From Centroscyllium fabricii (lineage: Eukaryota), in NCBI GenBank assembly GCA_051313645.2, contig JBNRSN020000129.1:1984001-2048000 (forward strand): a stretch of DNA of 64,000 nt, given 5' to 3'. This document shows, in pieces, positions 1 to 13,977 of the stretch. The translations under genes were made by a program, and so were the position numbers. Under the pieces are notes generated by a model. The model had not been told where the DNA came from. It did not search any database and saw only the letters and a program-made list of their open reading frames with translations. The stretch's first letter is position 1, and every line of letters starts with the position of its first letter.

Positions 1-3000
1 ACAATGTGTGTAGGTGTGAGCAGTGTGTGTGTATAGGTGTGGACACTGTGTGTAGGTGTGAACACTGTGTAGGTATGAGCAGTGTGTGTATAGGTGTGAA
101 CACTGTGTGTAGGTGTGAGCAGTGTGTGTATAGGTGTGAACACTGTGTGTAGGTGTGAGCAGTGTGTGTGTATAGGTGTGAACACTGTGTGTAGGTGTGA
201 ACACTGTGTAGGTATGAGCAGTATGTGTATAGGTGTGAACACTGTGTGTAGGGGTGAGCAGTGTGTGTATAGGTGTGAACACTGTGTGTAGGTGTGAGCA
301 GTGTGTGTGTATAGGTGTGAACACTGTGTAGGTGTGAGCACTGTGTGTGTATAGGTGTGAACACTGTGTAGGTGTGAGCAGTGTGTGTGTATAGGTGTGA
401 ACACTGTGTAGGTGTGAGCAGTGTGTGTGTATAGGTGTGAACAGTGTGTAGGTGTGAGCAGTGTGTTTGTATAGGTGTGAACACTGTGTGTAGGTGTGAG
501 CAGTGTGTATAGGTGTGAACACTGTGTGTAGGTGTGAGCAGTGTGTGTATATAGGTGTGAACAGTGTGTAGGTGTGAGCAGTGTGTGTATATAGGTGTGA
601 ACACTGTGTAGGTGTGAGCAGTGCGTGTGTATAGGTGTGAACACTGTGTAGGTATGTGCAGTGTGTGTGTATAGGTGTGAACACTCTGTGTAGGTGTGAG
701 CAATGTGTGTGTATATGTGAACACTGTGTATGTGTGAGCAGTGTGTGTATAGCTGTGAACACCGTGTGTAGGTGTGAGCAGTGTGTGTGTGTATGTGAAC
801 ACTGTGTATGTGTGAGCAGTGTGTGTATAGCTGTGAACACCGTGTGTAGGTGTGAGCAGTGTGTGTATAGGTGTGAACACTGTGTGTAGATGTGAGCAGT
901 GTGTGTGTATAGGCATGAACACTGAGCAGGTGTGAGCACTGTGTGTATAAGTGTGAACATTGTGTGTAGGTGTGAGCAGTGTGTGTGTATAGGTGTGAAC
1001 ACTGTAGGTGTGAGCAGTGTGTATAGGTGTGAACACTGCATGTAGGTGTGAGCAGTGTGTGTATATAGGTGTGAACACTGTATAGATGTGAGCAGTGTGT
1101 GTGTATAGGTGTGAACACTGTGTAGGTGTGAGCAGTGTGTGTATAGGTGTGAACACTGTGTGTACGTGTGAGCAGTGTGTGTGTATAGGTGTGAACACTG
1201 TGTGTAGGTGTGAGCAGTGTGTGTGTATAGGTATGAACACTGTGTAGGTGTGAGCACTGTGTGTGTATAGGTGTGAACACTGTAGGTGTGAGCAGTGTGT
1301 GTGTGTATAGGTGTGAACACTGTGTAGGTGTGAGCAGTGTGTGTGTATAGGTGTGAACACTATGTAGGTGTGAGCAGTGTGTGTGTATAGGTTTGAACAC
1401 TGTGTAGGTGTGAGCAGCGTGTGTGCATAGGTGTGAACACTGTGTGTAGGTGTGGGCAGTGTGTGTAGGTGTGAGCAGTGTGTATAGGTGTGAACACTGT
1501 GTGTAGGTGTGAGCAGTGTGTGTGTATAGGTGTGGACACTGTGTAGGTGTGAGCAGTGTGTGTGTATAGGTGTGAACACTGTGTGTAGGTGTGAACACTG
1601 TGTAGGTATGATCAGTGTGTGTATAGGTGTGAACACTGTGTGTAGGTGTGAGCAGTGTGTGTATAGGTGTGAACACTGTGTGCAGGTGTGAGCAGTGTGT
1701 GAATAGGTGTGAACACTGTGTAGGTGTGAGCAGTGTGTATAGGTGTGAACACTGTGTGTAGGTGAGCAGTGTGTGTGTATAGGTGTGAACACTGTGTAGG
1801 TGTGAGTAGTGTGTGTGCATAGGTGTGAACACTGTGTGTAGGTGTGCGCAGTGTGTGTCTGTATAGGTGTGAACACTGTGTGTAGGTGTGAGCAGTGTGT
1901 GTGTATAGTTGTGGACACTGTGTGTAGGTGTGAACACTGTGTAGGTATGAGCAGTGTATGTATAGGTGTGAACACTGTGTGTAGGTGTGAGCAGTGTGTG
2001 TATAGGTGTGAACACTGTGTGTAGGTGTGAGCAGTGTGTGTATAGGTGTGAACACTGTAGGTGTGAGCAGTGTGTGTGTATAGGTGTGAACACTGTGTGT
2101 AGGTGTGAACACTGTGTAGGTATGAGCAGTGTGTGTATAGGTGTGAACACTGTGTGTAGGTGTGAGCAGTGTGTGTATAGGTGTGAACACTGTGTGTAGG
2201 TGTGAGCAGTGTGTGTATAGGTGTGAACACTGTAGGTGTGAGCAGTGTGTGTGTATAGGTGTGAACACTGTGTAGGTGTGAGCAGTGTGTGTGCATAGGT
2301 GTGAACACTGTGTGTAGGTGTGCGCAGTGTGTGTCTGTATAGGTGTGAACAATGTGTGTAGGTGTGAGCAGTGTGTGTGTATAGGTGTGGACACTGTGTG
2401 TAGGTGTGAACACTGTGTAGGTATGAGCAGTGTGTGTATAGGTGTGAACACTGTGTGTAGGTGTGAGCAGTGTGTGTATAGGTGTGAACACTGTGTGTAG
2501 GTGTGAGCAGTGTGTGTGTATAGGTGTGAACACTGTGTGTAGGTGTGAACACTGTGTAGGTATGAGCAGTATGTGTATAGGTGTGAACACTGTGTGTAGG
2601 GGTGAGCAGTGTGTGTATAGGTGTGAACACTGTGTGTAGGTGTGAGCAGTGTGTGTGTATAGGTGTGAACACTGTGTAGGTGTGAGCACTGTGTGTGTAT
2701 AGGTGTGAACACTGTGTAGGTGTGAGCAGTGTGTGTGTATAGGTGTGAACACTGTGTAGGTGTGAGCAGTGTGTGTGTATAGGTGTGAACAGTGTGTAGG
2801 TGTGAGCAGTGTGTTTGTATAGGTGTGAACACTGTGTGTAGGTGTGAGCAGTGTGTGTGTATAGGTGTGAACAGTGTGTAGGTGTGAGCAGTGTGTTTGT
2901 ATAGGTATGGACACTGTGTAGGTGTGAGCAGTGTGTGTGTATAGGTGTGGACACTGTGTAGGTGTGAGCAGTGTGTGTGAATAGGTGTGAGCAGTGTGTG

Positions 3001-6000
3001 TGTATAGGTGTGAACACTGTGTGTAGGTGTGAACACTGTGTGTAGGTGTGAGCAGTGTGTGTATAGGTGTGAACACTGTAGGTGTGAGCAGTGTGTGTGT
3101 ATAGGTGTGAACACTGTGTAGGTGTGAGCAGTGTGTGTGCATAGGTGTGAACACTGTGTGTAGGTGTGCGCAGTGTGTGTCTGTATAGGTGTGAACACTG
3201 TGTGTAGGTGTGAGCAGTGTGTGTGTATAGGTGTGAACACTGTGTAGGTTTGAGCAGTCTGTGTGTATAGGTGTGAACACTGTGTAGGTGTGAGCAGTGT
3301 GTGTGTATAGGTGTGAACACTGTGTAGGTACGAGCAGTGTGTGTGTATAGGTGTGAACGCTGTGTAGGTGTGAGCAGTGTGTATAGGTGTGAACACTGTG
3401 TGTAGGTGTGAGCAGTGTGTATAGGTGTGAACAGTGTGTGTAGGTGAGCAGTGTGTGTGTATAGGTGTGAACACTGTGTCGGTGTGAGCAGTGTCTATAG
3501 GTGTGAACACTGTGTAGGTGTGAGCAGTGTGTGTAGGTGTGAGCAGTGTGTATAGGTGTGAGCAGTGTGTATAGGTGTGAACACTGTGTGTAGGTGTGAG
3601 TAGTGTGTGTATATAGGTGTGAACAGTGTGTAGGTGTGAGCAGTGTGTGTGTATAGGTGTGAACACTGTGTAGGTGTGAGCAGTGTGTGTGTATAGGTGT
3701 GAACACTGTGTGTAGGTGTGAGCAGTGTGTATAGGTGTGAACACTGTGTGTAGGTGTGAGCAGTGTGTGTATATAGGTGTGAACAGTGTGTAGGTGTGAG
3801 CAGTGTGTGTATATAGGTGTGAACACTGTGTAGGTGTGAGCAGTGCGTGTGTATAGGTGTGAACACTGTGTAGGTATGAGCAGTGTGTGTGTATAGGTGT
3901 GAACACTGTGTGTAGGTGTGAGCAATGTGTGTGTATATGTGAACACTGTGTATGTGTGAGCAGTGTGTGTATAGCTGTGAACACCGTGTGTAGGTGTGAG
4001 CAGTGTGTGTGTGTATGTGAACACTGTGTATGTGTGAGCAGTGTGTGTATAGCTGTGAACACCGTGTGTAGGTGTGAGCAGTGTGTGTATAGGTGTGAAC
4101 ACTGTGTGTACATGTGAGCAGTGTGTGTATAGGCATGAACACTGAGCAGGTGTGAGCACTGTGTGTATAAGTGTGAACATTGTGTGTAGGTGTGAGCAGT
4201 GTGTGTGTATAGGTGTGAACACTGTAGGTGTGAGCAGTGTGTATAGGTGTGAACACTGCATGTAGGTGTGAGCAGTGTGTGTATATAGGTGTGAACACTG
4301 TATAGATGTGAGCAGTGTGTGTGTATAGGTGTGAACACTGTGTAGGTGTGAGCAGTGTGTGTATAGGTGTGAACACTGTGTGTACGTGTGAGCAGTGTGT
4401 GTGTATAGGTGTGAACACTGTGTGTAGGTGTGAGCAGTGTGTGTGTATAGGTATGAACACTGTGTAGGTGTGAGCACTGTGTGTGTATAGGTGTGAACAC
4501 TGTAGGTGTGAGCAGTGTGTGTGTATAGGTGTGAACACTGTGTAGGTGTGAGCAGTGTGTGTGTATAGGTGTGAACACTGTGTGTAGGTGTGAGCAGTGT
4601 GTGTATATAGGTGTGAACACTATGTAGGTGTGAGCAGTGTGTGTGTATATGTTTGAACACTGTGTAGGTGTGAGCAGTGTGTGTGCATAGGTGTGAACAC
4701 TGTGTGTAGGTGTGGGCAGTGTGTGTAGGTGTGAGCAGTGTGTATAGGTGTGAACACTGTGTGTAGGTGTGAGCAGTGTGTGTGTATAGGTGTGGACACT
4801 GTGTAGGTGTGAGCAGTGTGTGTGTATAGGAATGAACACTGTGTGTAGGTGTGAACACTGTGTAGGTATGATCAGTGTGTGTATAGGTGTGAACACTGTG
4901 TGTAGGTGTGAGCAGTGTGTGTATAGGTGTGAACACTGTGTGTAGGTGTGAGCAGTGTGTGTATAGGTGTGAATACTGTGTAGGTGTGAGCAGTGTGTAT
5001 AGGTGTGAACACTGTGTGTAGGTGAGCAGTGTGTGTGTATAGGTGTGAACACTGTGTAGGTGTGAGTAGTGTGTGTGCATAGGTGTGAACACTGTGTGTA
5101 GGTGTGCGCAGTGTGTGTCTGTATAGGTGTGAACACTGTGTGTAGGTGTGAGCAGTGTGTGTGTATAGTTGTGGACTCTGTGTGTAGGTGTGAACACTGT
5201 GTAGGTATGAGCAGTGTGTGTATAGGTGTGAACACTGTGTGTAGGTGTGAGCAGTGTGTGTATAGGTGTGAACACTGTGTGTAGGTGTGAGCAGTGTGTG
5301 TATAGGTGTGAACACTGTAGGTGTGAGCAGTGTGTGTGTATAGGTGTGAACACTGTGTGTAGGTGTGAACACTGTGTAGGTATGAGCAGTGTGTGTATAG
5401 GTGTGAACACTGTGTGTAGGTGTGAGCAGTGTGTGTATAGGTGTGAACACTGTGTGTAGGTGTGAGCAGTGTGTGTATAGGTGTGAACACTGTAGGTGTG
5501 AGCAGTGTGTGTGTATAGGTGTGAACACTGTGTAGGTGTGAGCAGTGTGTGTGCATAGGTGTGAACACTGTGTGTAGGTATGCGCAGTGTGTGTCTGTAT
5601 AGGTGTGAACACTGTGTGTAGGTGTGAGCAGTGTGTGTGTATAGGTGTGGACACTGTGTGTAGGTGTGAACACTGTGTAGGTATGAGCAGTGTGTGTATA
5701 GGTGTGAACACTGTGTGTAGGTGTGAGCAGTGTGTGTATAGGTGTGAACACTGTGTGTAGGTGTGAGCAGTGTGTGTGTATAGGTGTGAACACTGTGTGT
5801 AGGTGTGAACACTGTGTAGGTATGAGCAGTATGTGTGTATAGGTGTGAACACTGTGTAGGTGTGAGCAGTGTGTGTGTATAGGTGTGAACACTGTGTAGG
5901 TGTGAGCAGTGTGTGTGTATAGGTGTGAACGCTGTGTAGGTGTGAGCAGTGTGTATAGGTGTGAACACTGTGTGTAGGTGTGAGCAGTGTGTATAGGTGT

Positions 6001-9000
6001 GAACAGTGTGTGTAGGTGAGCAGTGTGTGTGTATAGGTGTGAACACTGTGTAGGTGTGAGCAGTGTCTATAGGTGTGAACACTGTGTAGGTGTGAGCAGT
6101 GTGTGTAGGTGTGAGCAGTGTGTATAGGTGTGAGCAGTGTGTATAGGTGTGAACACTGTGTGTAGGTGTGAGTAGTGTGTGTATATAGGTGTGAACAGTG
6201 TGTAGGTGTGAGCAGTGTGTGTGTATAGGTGTGAACACTGTGTAGGTGTGAGCAGTGTGTGTGTATAGGTGTGAACACTGTGTGTAGGTGTGAGCAGTGT
6301 GTATAGGTGTGAACACTGTGTGTAGGTGTGAGCAGTGTGTGTATATAGGTGTGAACAGTGTGTAGGTGTGAGCAGTGTGTGTATATAGGTGTGAACACTG
6401 TGTAGGTGTGAGCAGTGCGTGTGTATAGGTGTGAACACTGTGTAGGTATGTGCAGTGTGTGTGTATAGGTGTGAACACTCTGTGTAGGTGTGAGCAATGT
6501 GTGTGTATATGTGAACACTGTGTATGTGTGAGCAGTGTGTGTATAGCTGTGAACACCGTGTGTAGGTGTGAGCAGTGTGTGTGTGTATGTGAACACTGTG
6601 TATGTGTGAGCAGTGTGTGTATAGCTGTGAACACCGTGTGTAGGTGTGAGCAGTGTGTGTATAGGTGTGAACACTGTGTGTAGATGTGAGCAGTGTGTGT
6701 GTATAGGCATGAACACTGAGCAGGTGTGAGCACTGTGTGTATAAGTGTGAACATTGTGTGTAGGTGTGAGCAGTGTGTGTGTATAGGTGTGAACACTGTA
6801 GGTGTGAGCAGTGTGTATAGGTGTGAACACTGCATGTAGGTGTGAGCAGTGTGTGTATATAGGTGTGAACACTGTATAGATGTGAGCAGTGTGTGTGTAT
6901 AGGTGTGAACACTGTGTAGGTGTGAGCAGTGTGTGTATAGGTGTGAACACTGTGTGTACGTGTGAGCAGTGTGTGTGTATAGGTGTGAACACTGTGTGTA
7001 GGTGTGAGCAGTGTGTGTGTATAGGTATGAACACTGTGTAGGTGTGAGCACTGTGTGTGTATAGGTGTGAACACTGTAGGTGTGAGCAGTGTGTGTGTGT
7101 ATAGGTGTGAACACTGTGTAGGTGTGAGCAGTGTGTGTGTATAGGTGTGAACACTATGTAGGTGTGAGCAGTGTGTGTGTATAGGTTTGAACACTGTGTA
7201 GGTGTGAGCAGCGTGTGTGCATAGGTGTGAACACTGTGTGTAGGTGTGGGCAGTGTGTGTAGGTGTGAGCAGTGTGTATAGGTGTGAACACTGTGTGTAG
7301 GTGTGAGCAGTGTGTGTGTATAGGTGTGGACACTGTGTAGGTGTGAGCAGTGTGTGTGTATAGGTGTGAACACTGTGTGTAGGTGTGAACACTGTGTAGG
7401 TATGATCAGTGTGTGTATAGGTGTGAACACTGTGTGTAGGTGTGAGCAGTGTGTATATAGGTGTGAACACTGTGTGCAGGTGTGAGCAGTGTGTGAATAG
7501 GTGTGAACACTGTGTAGGTGTGAGCAGTGTGTATAGGTGTGAACACTGTGTGTAGGTGAGCAGTGTGTGTGTATAGGTGTGAACACTGTGTAGGTGTGAG
7601 TAGTGTGTGTGCATAGGTGTGAACACTGTGTGTAGGTGTGCGCAGTGTGTGTCTGTATAGGTGTGAACACTGTGTGTAGGTGTGAGCAGTGTGTGTGTAT
7701 AGTTGTGGACACTGTGTGTAGGTGTGAACACTGTGTAGGTATGAGCAGTGTATGTATAGGTGTGAACACTGTGTGTAGGTGTGAGCAGTGTGTGTATAGG
7801 TGTGAACACTGTGTGTAGGTGTGAGCAGTGTGTGTATAGGTGTGAACACTGTAGGTGTGAGCAGTGTGTGTGTATAGGTGTGAACACTGTGTGTAGGTGT
7901 GAACACTGTGTAGGTATGAGCAGTGTGTGTATAGGTGTGAACACTGTGTGTAGGTGTGAGCAGTGTGTGTATAGGTGTGAACACTGTGTGTAGGTGTGAG
8001 CAGTGTGTGTATAGGTGTGAACACTGTAGGTGTGAGCAGTGTGTGTGTATAGGTGTGAACACTGTGTAGGTGTGAGCAGTGTGTGTGCATAGGTGTGAAC
8101 ACTGTGTGTAGGTGTGCGCAGTGTGTGTCTGTATAGGTGTGAACAATGTGTGTAGGTGTGAGCAGTGTGTGTGTATAGGTGTGGACACTGTGTGTAGGTG
8201 TGAACACTGTGTAGGTATGAGCAGTGTGTGTATAGGTGTGAACACTGTGTGTAGGTGTGAGCAGTGTGTGTATAGGTGTGAACACTGTGTGTAGGTGTGA
8301 GCAGTGTGTGTGTATAGGTGTGAACACTGTGTGTAGGTGTGAACACTGTGTAGGTATGAGCAGTATGTGTATAGGTGTGAACACTGTGTGTAGGGGTGAG
8401 CAGTGTGTGTATAGGTGTGAACACTGTGTGTAGGTGTGAGCAGTGTGTGTGTATAGGTGTGAACACTGTGTAGGTGTGAGCACTGTGTGTGTATAGGTGT
8501 GAACACTGTGTAGGTGTGAGCAGTGTGTGTGTATAGGTGTGAACACTGTGTAGGTGTGAGCAGTGTGTGTGTATAGGTGTGAACAGTGTGTAGGTGTGAG
8601 CAGTGTGTTTGTATAGGTGTGAACACTGTGTGTAGGTGTGAGCAGTGTGTATAGGTGTGAACACTGTGTGTAGGTGTGAGCAGTGTGTGTATATAGGTGT
8701 GAACAGTGTGTAGGTGTGAGCAGTGTGTGTATATAGGTGTGAACACTGTGTAGGTGTGAGCAGTGCGTGTGTATAGGTGTGAACACTGTGTAGGTATGTG
8801 CAGTGTGTGTGTATAGGTGTGAACACTCTGTGTAGGTGTGAGCAATGTGTGTGTATATGTGAACACTGTGTATGTGTGAGCAGTGTGTGTATAGCTGTGA
8901 ACACCGTGTGTAGGTGTGAGCAGTGTGTGTGTGTATGTGAACACTGTGTATGTGTGAGCAGTGTGTGTATAGCTGTGAACACCGTGTGTAGGTGTGAGCA

Positions 9001-12000
9001 GTGTGTGTATAGGTGTGAACACTGTGTGTAGATGTGAGCAGTGTGTGTGTATAGGCATGAACACTGAGCAGGTGTGAGCACTGTGTGTATAAGTGTGAAC
9101 ATTGTGTGTAGGTGTGAGCAGTGTGTGTGTATAGGTGTGAACACTGTAGGTGTGAGCAGTGTGTATAGGTGTGAACACTGCATGTAGGTGTGAGCAGTGT
9201 GTGTATATAGGTGTGAACACTGTATAGATGTGAGCAGTGTGTGTGTATAGGTGTGAACACTGTGTAGGTGTGAGCAGTGTGTGTATAGGTGTGAACACTG
9301 TGTGTACGTGTGAGCAGTGTGTGTGTATAGGTGTGAACACTGTGTGTAGGTGTGAGCAGTGTGTGTGTATAGGTATGAACACTGTGTAGGTGTGAGCACT
9401 GTGTGTGTATAGGTGTGAACACTGTAGGTGTGAGCAGTGTGTGTGTGTATAGGTGTGAACACTGTGTAGGTGTGAGCAGTGTGTGTGTATAGGTGTGAAC
9501 ACTATGTAGGTGTGAGCAGTGTGTGTGTATAGGTTTGAACACTGTGTAGGTGTGAGCAGCGTGTGTGCATAGGTGTGAACACTGTGTGTAGGTGTGGGCA
9601 GTGTGTGTAGGTGTGAGCAGTGTGTATAGGTGTGAACACTGTGTGTAGGTGTGAGCAGTGTGTGTGTATAGGTGTGGACACTGTGTAGGTGTGAGCAGTG
9701 TGTGTGTATAGGTGTGAACACTGTGTGTAGGTGTGAACACTGTGTAGGTATGATCAGTGTGTGTATAGGTGTGAACACTGTGTGTAGGTGTGAGCAGTGT
9801 GTGTATAGGTGTGAACACTGTGTGCAGGTGTGAGCAGTGTGTGAATAGGTGTGAACACTGTGTAGGTGTGAGCAGTGTGTATAGGTGTGAACACTGTGTG
9901 TAGGTGAGCAGTGTGTGTGTATAGGTGTGAACACTGTGTAGGTGTGAGTAGTGTGTGTGCATAGGTGTGAACACTGTGTGTAGGTGTGCGCAGTGTGTGT
10001 CTGTATAGGTGTGAACACTGTGTGTAGGTGTGAGCAGTGTGTGTGTATAGTTGTGGACACTGTGTGTAGGTGTGAACACTGTGTAGGTATGAGCAGTGTA
10101 TGTATAGGTGTGAACACTGTGTGTAGGTGTGAGCAGTGTGTGTATAGGTGTGAACACTGTGTGTAGGTGTGAGCAGTGTGTGTATAGGTGTGAACACTGT
10201 AGGTGTGAGCAGTGTGTGTGTATAGGTGTGAACACTGTGTGTAGGTGTGAACACTGTGTAGGTATGAGCAGTGTGTGTATAGGTGTGAACACTGTGTGTA
10301 GGTGTGAGCAGTGTGTGTATAGGTGTGAACACTGTGTGTAGGTGTGAGCAGTGTGTGTATAGGTGTGAACACTGTAGGTGTGAGCAGTGTGTGTGTATAG
10401 GTGTGAACACTGTGTAGGTGTGAGCAGTGTGTGTGCATAGGTGTGAACACTGTGTGTAGGTGTGCGCAGTGTGTGTCTGTATAGGTGTGAACAATGTGTG
10501 TAGGTGTGAGCAGTGTGTGTGTATAGGTGTGGACACTGTGTGTAGGTGTGAACACTGTGTAGGTATGAGCAGTGTGTGTATAGGTGTGAACACTGTGTGT
10601 AGGTGTGAGCAGTGTGTGTATAGGTGTGAACACTGTGTGTAGGTGTGAGCAGTGTGTGTGTATAGGTGTGAACACTGTGTGTAGGTGTGAACACTGTGTA
10701 GGTATGAGCAGTATGTGTATAGGTGTGAACACTGTGTGTAGGGGTGAGCAGTGTGTGTATAGGTGTGAACACTGTGTGTAGGTGTGAGCAGTGTGTGTGT
10801 ATAGGTGTGAACACTGTGTAGGTGTGAGCACTGTGTGTGTATAGGTGTGAACACTGTGTAGGTGTGAGCAGTGTGTGTGTATAGGTGTGAACACTGTGTA
10901 GGTGTGAGCAGTGTGTGTGTATAGGTGTGAACAGTGTGTAGGTGTGAGCAGTGTGTTTGTATAGGTGTGAACACTGTGTGTAGGTGTGAGCAGTGTGTGT
11001 GTATAGGTGTGAACAGTGTGTAGGTGTGAGCAGTGTGTTTGTATAGGTATGGACACTGTGTAGGTGTGAGCAGTGTGTGTGTATAGGTGTGGACACTGTG
11101 TAGGTGTGAGCAGTGTGTGTGAATAGGTGTGAGCAGTGTGTGTGTATAGGTGTGAACACTGTGTGTAGGTGTGAACACTGTGTGTAGGTGTGAGCAGTGT
11201 GTGTATAGGTGTGAACACTGTAGGTGTGAGCAGTGTGTGTGTATAGGTGTGAACACTGTGTAGGTGTGAGCAGTGTGTGTGCATAGGTGTGAACACTGTG
11301 TGTAGGTGTGCGCAGTGTGTGTCTGTATAGGTGTGAACACTGTGTGTAGGTGTGAGCAGTGTGTGTGTATAGGTGTGAACACTGTGTAGGTTTGAGCAGT
11401 CTGTGTGTATAGGTGTGAACACTGTGTAGGTGTGAGCAGTGTGTGTGTATAGGTGTGAACACTGTGTAGGTACGAGCAGTGTGTGTGTATAGGTGTGAAC
11501 GCTGTGTAGGTGTGAGCAGTGTGTATAGGTGTGAACACTGTGTGTAGGTGTGAGCAGTGTGTATAGGTGTGAACAGTGTGTGTAGGTGAGCAGTGTGTGT
11601 GTATAGGTGTGAACACTGTGTCGGTGTGAGCAGTGTCTATAGGTGTGAACACTGTGTAGGTGTGAGCAGTGTGTGTAGGTGTGAGCAGTGTGTATAGGTG
11701 TGAGCAGTGTGTATAGGTGTGAACACTGTGTGTAGGTGTGAGTAGTGTGTGTATATAGGTGTGAACAGTGTGTAGGTGTGAGCAGTGTGTGTGTATAGGT
11801 GTGAACACTGTGTAGGTGTGAGCAGTGTGTGTGTATAGGTGTGAACACTGTGTGTAGGTGTGAGCAGTGTGTATAGGTGTGAACACTGTGTGTAGGTGTG
11901 AGCAGTGTGTGTATATAGGTGTGAACAGTGTGTAGGTGTGAGCAGTGTGTGTATATAGGTGTGAACACTGTGTAGGTGTGAGCAGTGCGTGTGTATATGT

Positions 12001-13977
12001 GTGAACACTGTGTAGGTATGAGCAGTGTGTGTGTATAGGTGTGAACACTGTGTGTAGGTGTGAGCAATGTGTGTGTATATGTGAACACTGTGTATGTGTG
12101 AGCAGTGTGTGTATAGCTGTGAACACCGTGTGTAGGTGTGAGCAGTGTGTGTGTGTATGTGAACACTGTGTATGTGTGAGCAGTGTGTGTATAGCTGTGA
12201 ACACCGTGTGTAGGTGTGAGCAGTGTGTGTATAGGTGTGAACACTGTGTGTACATGTGAGCAGTGTGTGTATAGGCATGAACACTGAGCAGGTGTGAGCA
12301 CTGTGTGTATAAGTGTGAACATTGTGTGTAGGTGTGAGCAGTGTGTGTGTATAGGTGTGAACACTGTAGGTGTGAGCAGTGTGTATAGGTGTGAACACTG
12401 CATGTAGGTGTGAGCAGTGTGTGTATATAGGTGTGAACACTGTATAGATGTGAGCAGTGTGTGTGTATAGGTGTGAACACTGTGTAGGTGTGAGCAGTGT
12501 GTGTATAGGTGTGAACACTGTGTGTACGTGTGAGCAGTGTGTGTGTATAGGTGTGAACACTGTGTGTAGGTGTGAGCAGTGTGTGTGTATAGGTATGAAC
12601 ACTGTGTAGGTGTGAGCACTGTGTGTGTATAGGTGTGAACACTGTAGGTGTGAGCAGTGTGTGTGTATAGGTGTGAACACTGTGTAGGTGTGAGCAGTGT
12701 GTGTGTATAGGTGTGAACACTGTGTGTAGGTGTGAGCAGTGTGTGTATATAGGTGTGAACACTATGTAGGTGTGAGCAGTGTGTGTGTATATGTTTGAAC
12801 ACTGTGTAGGTGTGAGCAGTGTGTGTGCATAGGTGTGAACACTGTGTGTAGGTGTGGGCAGTGTGTGTAGGTGTGAGCAGTGTGTATAGGTGTGAACACT
12901 GTGTGTAGGTGTGAGCAGTGTGTGTGTATAGGTGTGGACACTGTGTAGGTGTGAGCAGTGTGTGTGTATAGGAATGAACACTGTGTGTAGGTGTGAACAC
13001 TGTGTAGGTATGATCAGTGTGTGTATAGGTGTGAACACTGTGTGTAGGTGTGAGCAGTGTGTGTATAGGTGTGAACACTGTGTGTAGGTGTGAGCAGTGT
13101 GTGTATAGGTGTGAATACTGTGTAGGTGTGAGCAGTGTGTATAGGTGTGAACACTGTGTGTAGGTGAGCAGTGTGTGTGTATAGGTGTGAACACTGTGTA
13201 GGTGTGAGTAGTGTGTGTGCATAGGTGTGAACACTGTGTGTAGGTGTGCGCAGTGTGTGTCTGTATAGGTGTGAACACTGTGTGTAGGTGTGAGCAGTGT
13301 GTGTGTATAGTTGTGGACACTGTGTGTAGGTGTGAACACTGTGTAGGTATGAGCAGTGTGTGTATAGGTGTGAACACTGTGTGTAGGTGTGAGCAGTGTG
13401 TGTATAGGTGTGAACACTGTGTGTAGGTGTGAGCAGTGTGTGTATAGGTGTGAACACTGTAGGTGTGAGCAGTGTGTGTGTATAGGTGTGAACACTGTGT
13501 GTAGGTGTGAACACTGTGTAGGTATGAGCAGTGTGTGTATAGGTGTGAACACTGTGTGTAGGTGTGAGCAGTGTGTGTATAGGTGTGAACACTGTGTGTA
13601 GGTGTGAGCAGTGTGTGTATAGGTGTGAACACTGTAGGTGTGAGCAGTGTGTGTGTATAGGTGTGAACACTGTGTAGGTGTGAGCAGTGTGTGTGCATAG
13701 GTGTGAACACTGTGTGTAGGTATGCGCAGTGTGTGTCTGTATAGGTGTGAACACTGTGTGTAGGTGTGAGCAGTGTGTGTGTATAGGTGTGGACACTGTG
13801 TGTAGGTGTGAACACTGTGTAGGTATGAGCAGTGTGTGTATAGGTGTGAACACTGTGTGTAGGTGTGAGCAGTGTGTGTATAGGTGTGAACACTGTGTGT
13901 AGGTGTGAGCAGTGTGTGTGTATAGGTGTGAACACTGTGTGTAGGTGTGAACACTGTGTAGGTATGAGCAGTATGTG
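1..13977 (+). repeat. Higher-order repeat: 1-~5835 repeated at 8143-~13977 (offset 8142), built from ~2.3-3.6 kb sub-blocks
   Basis: The rare marker AGGCATGAAC occurs at 911, 4131, 6705, 9053, 12273 and 15863 (spacings 3220, 2574, 2348, 3220, 3590). Matching ORF-track entries recur at +8142 (656/8798, 1612/9754, 3495/11637, 4872/13014). Confidence 0.9.
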
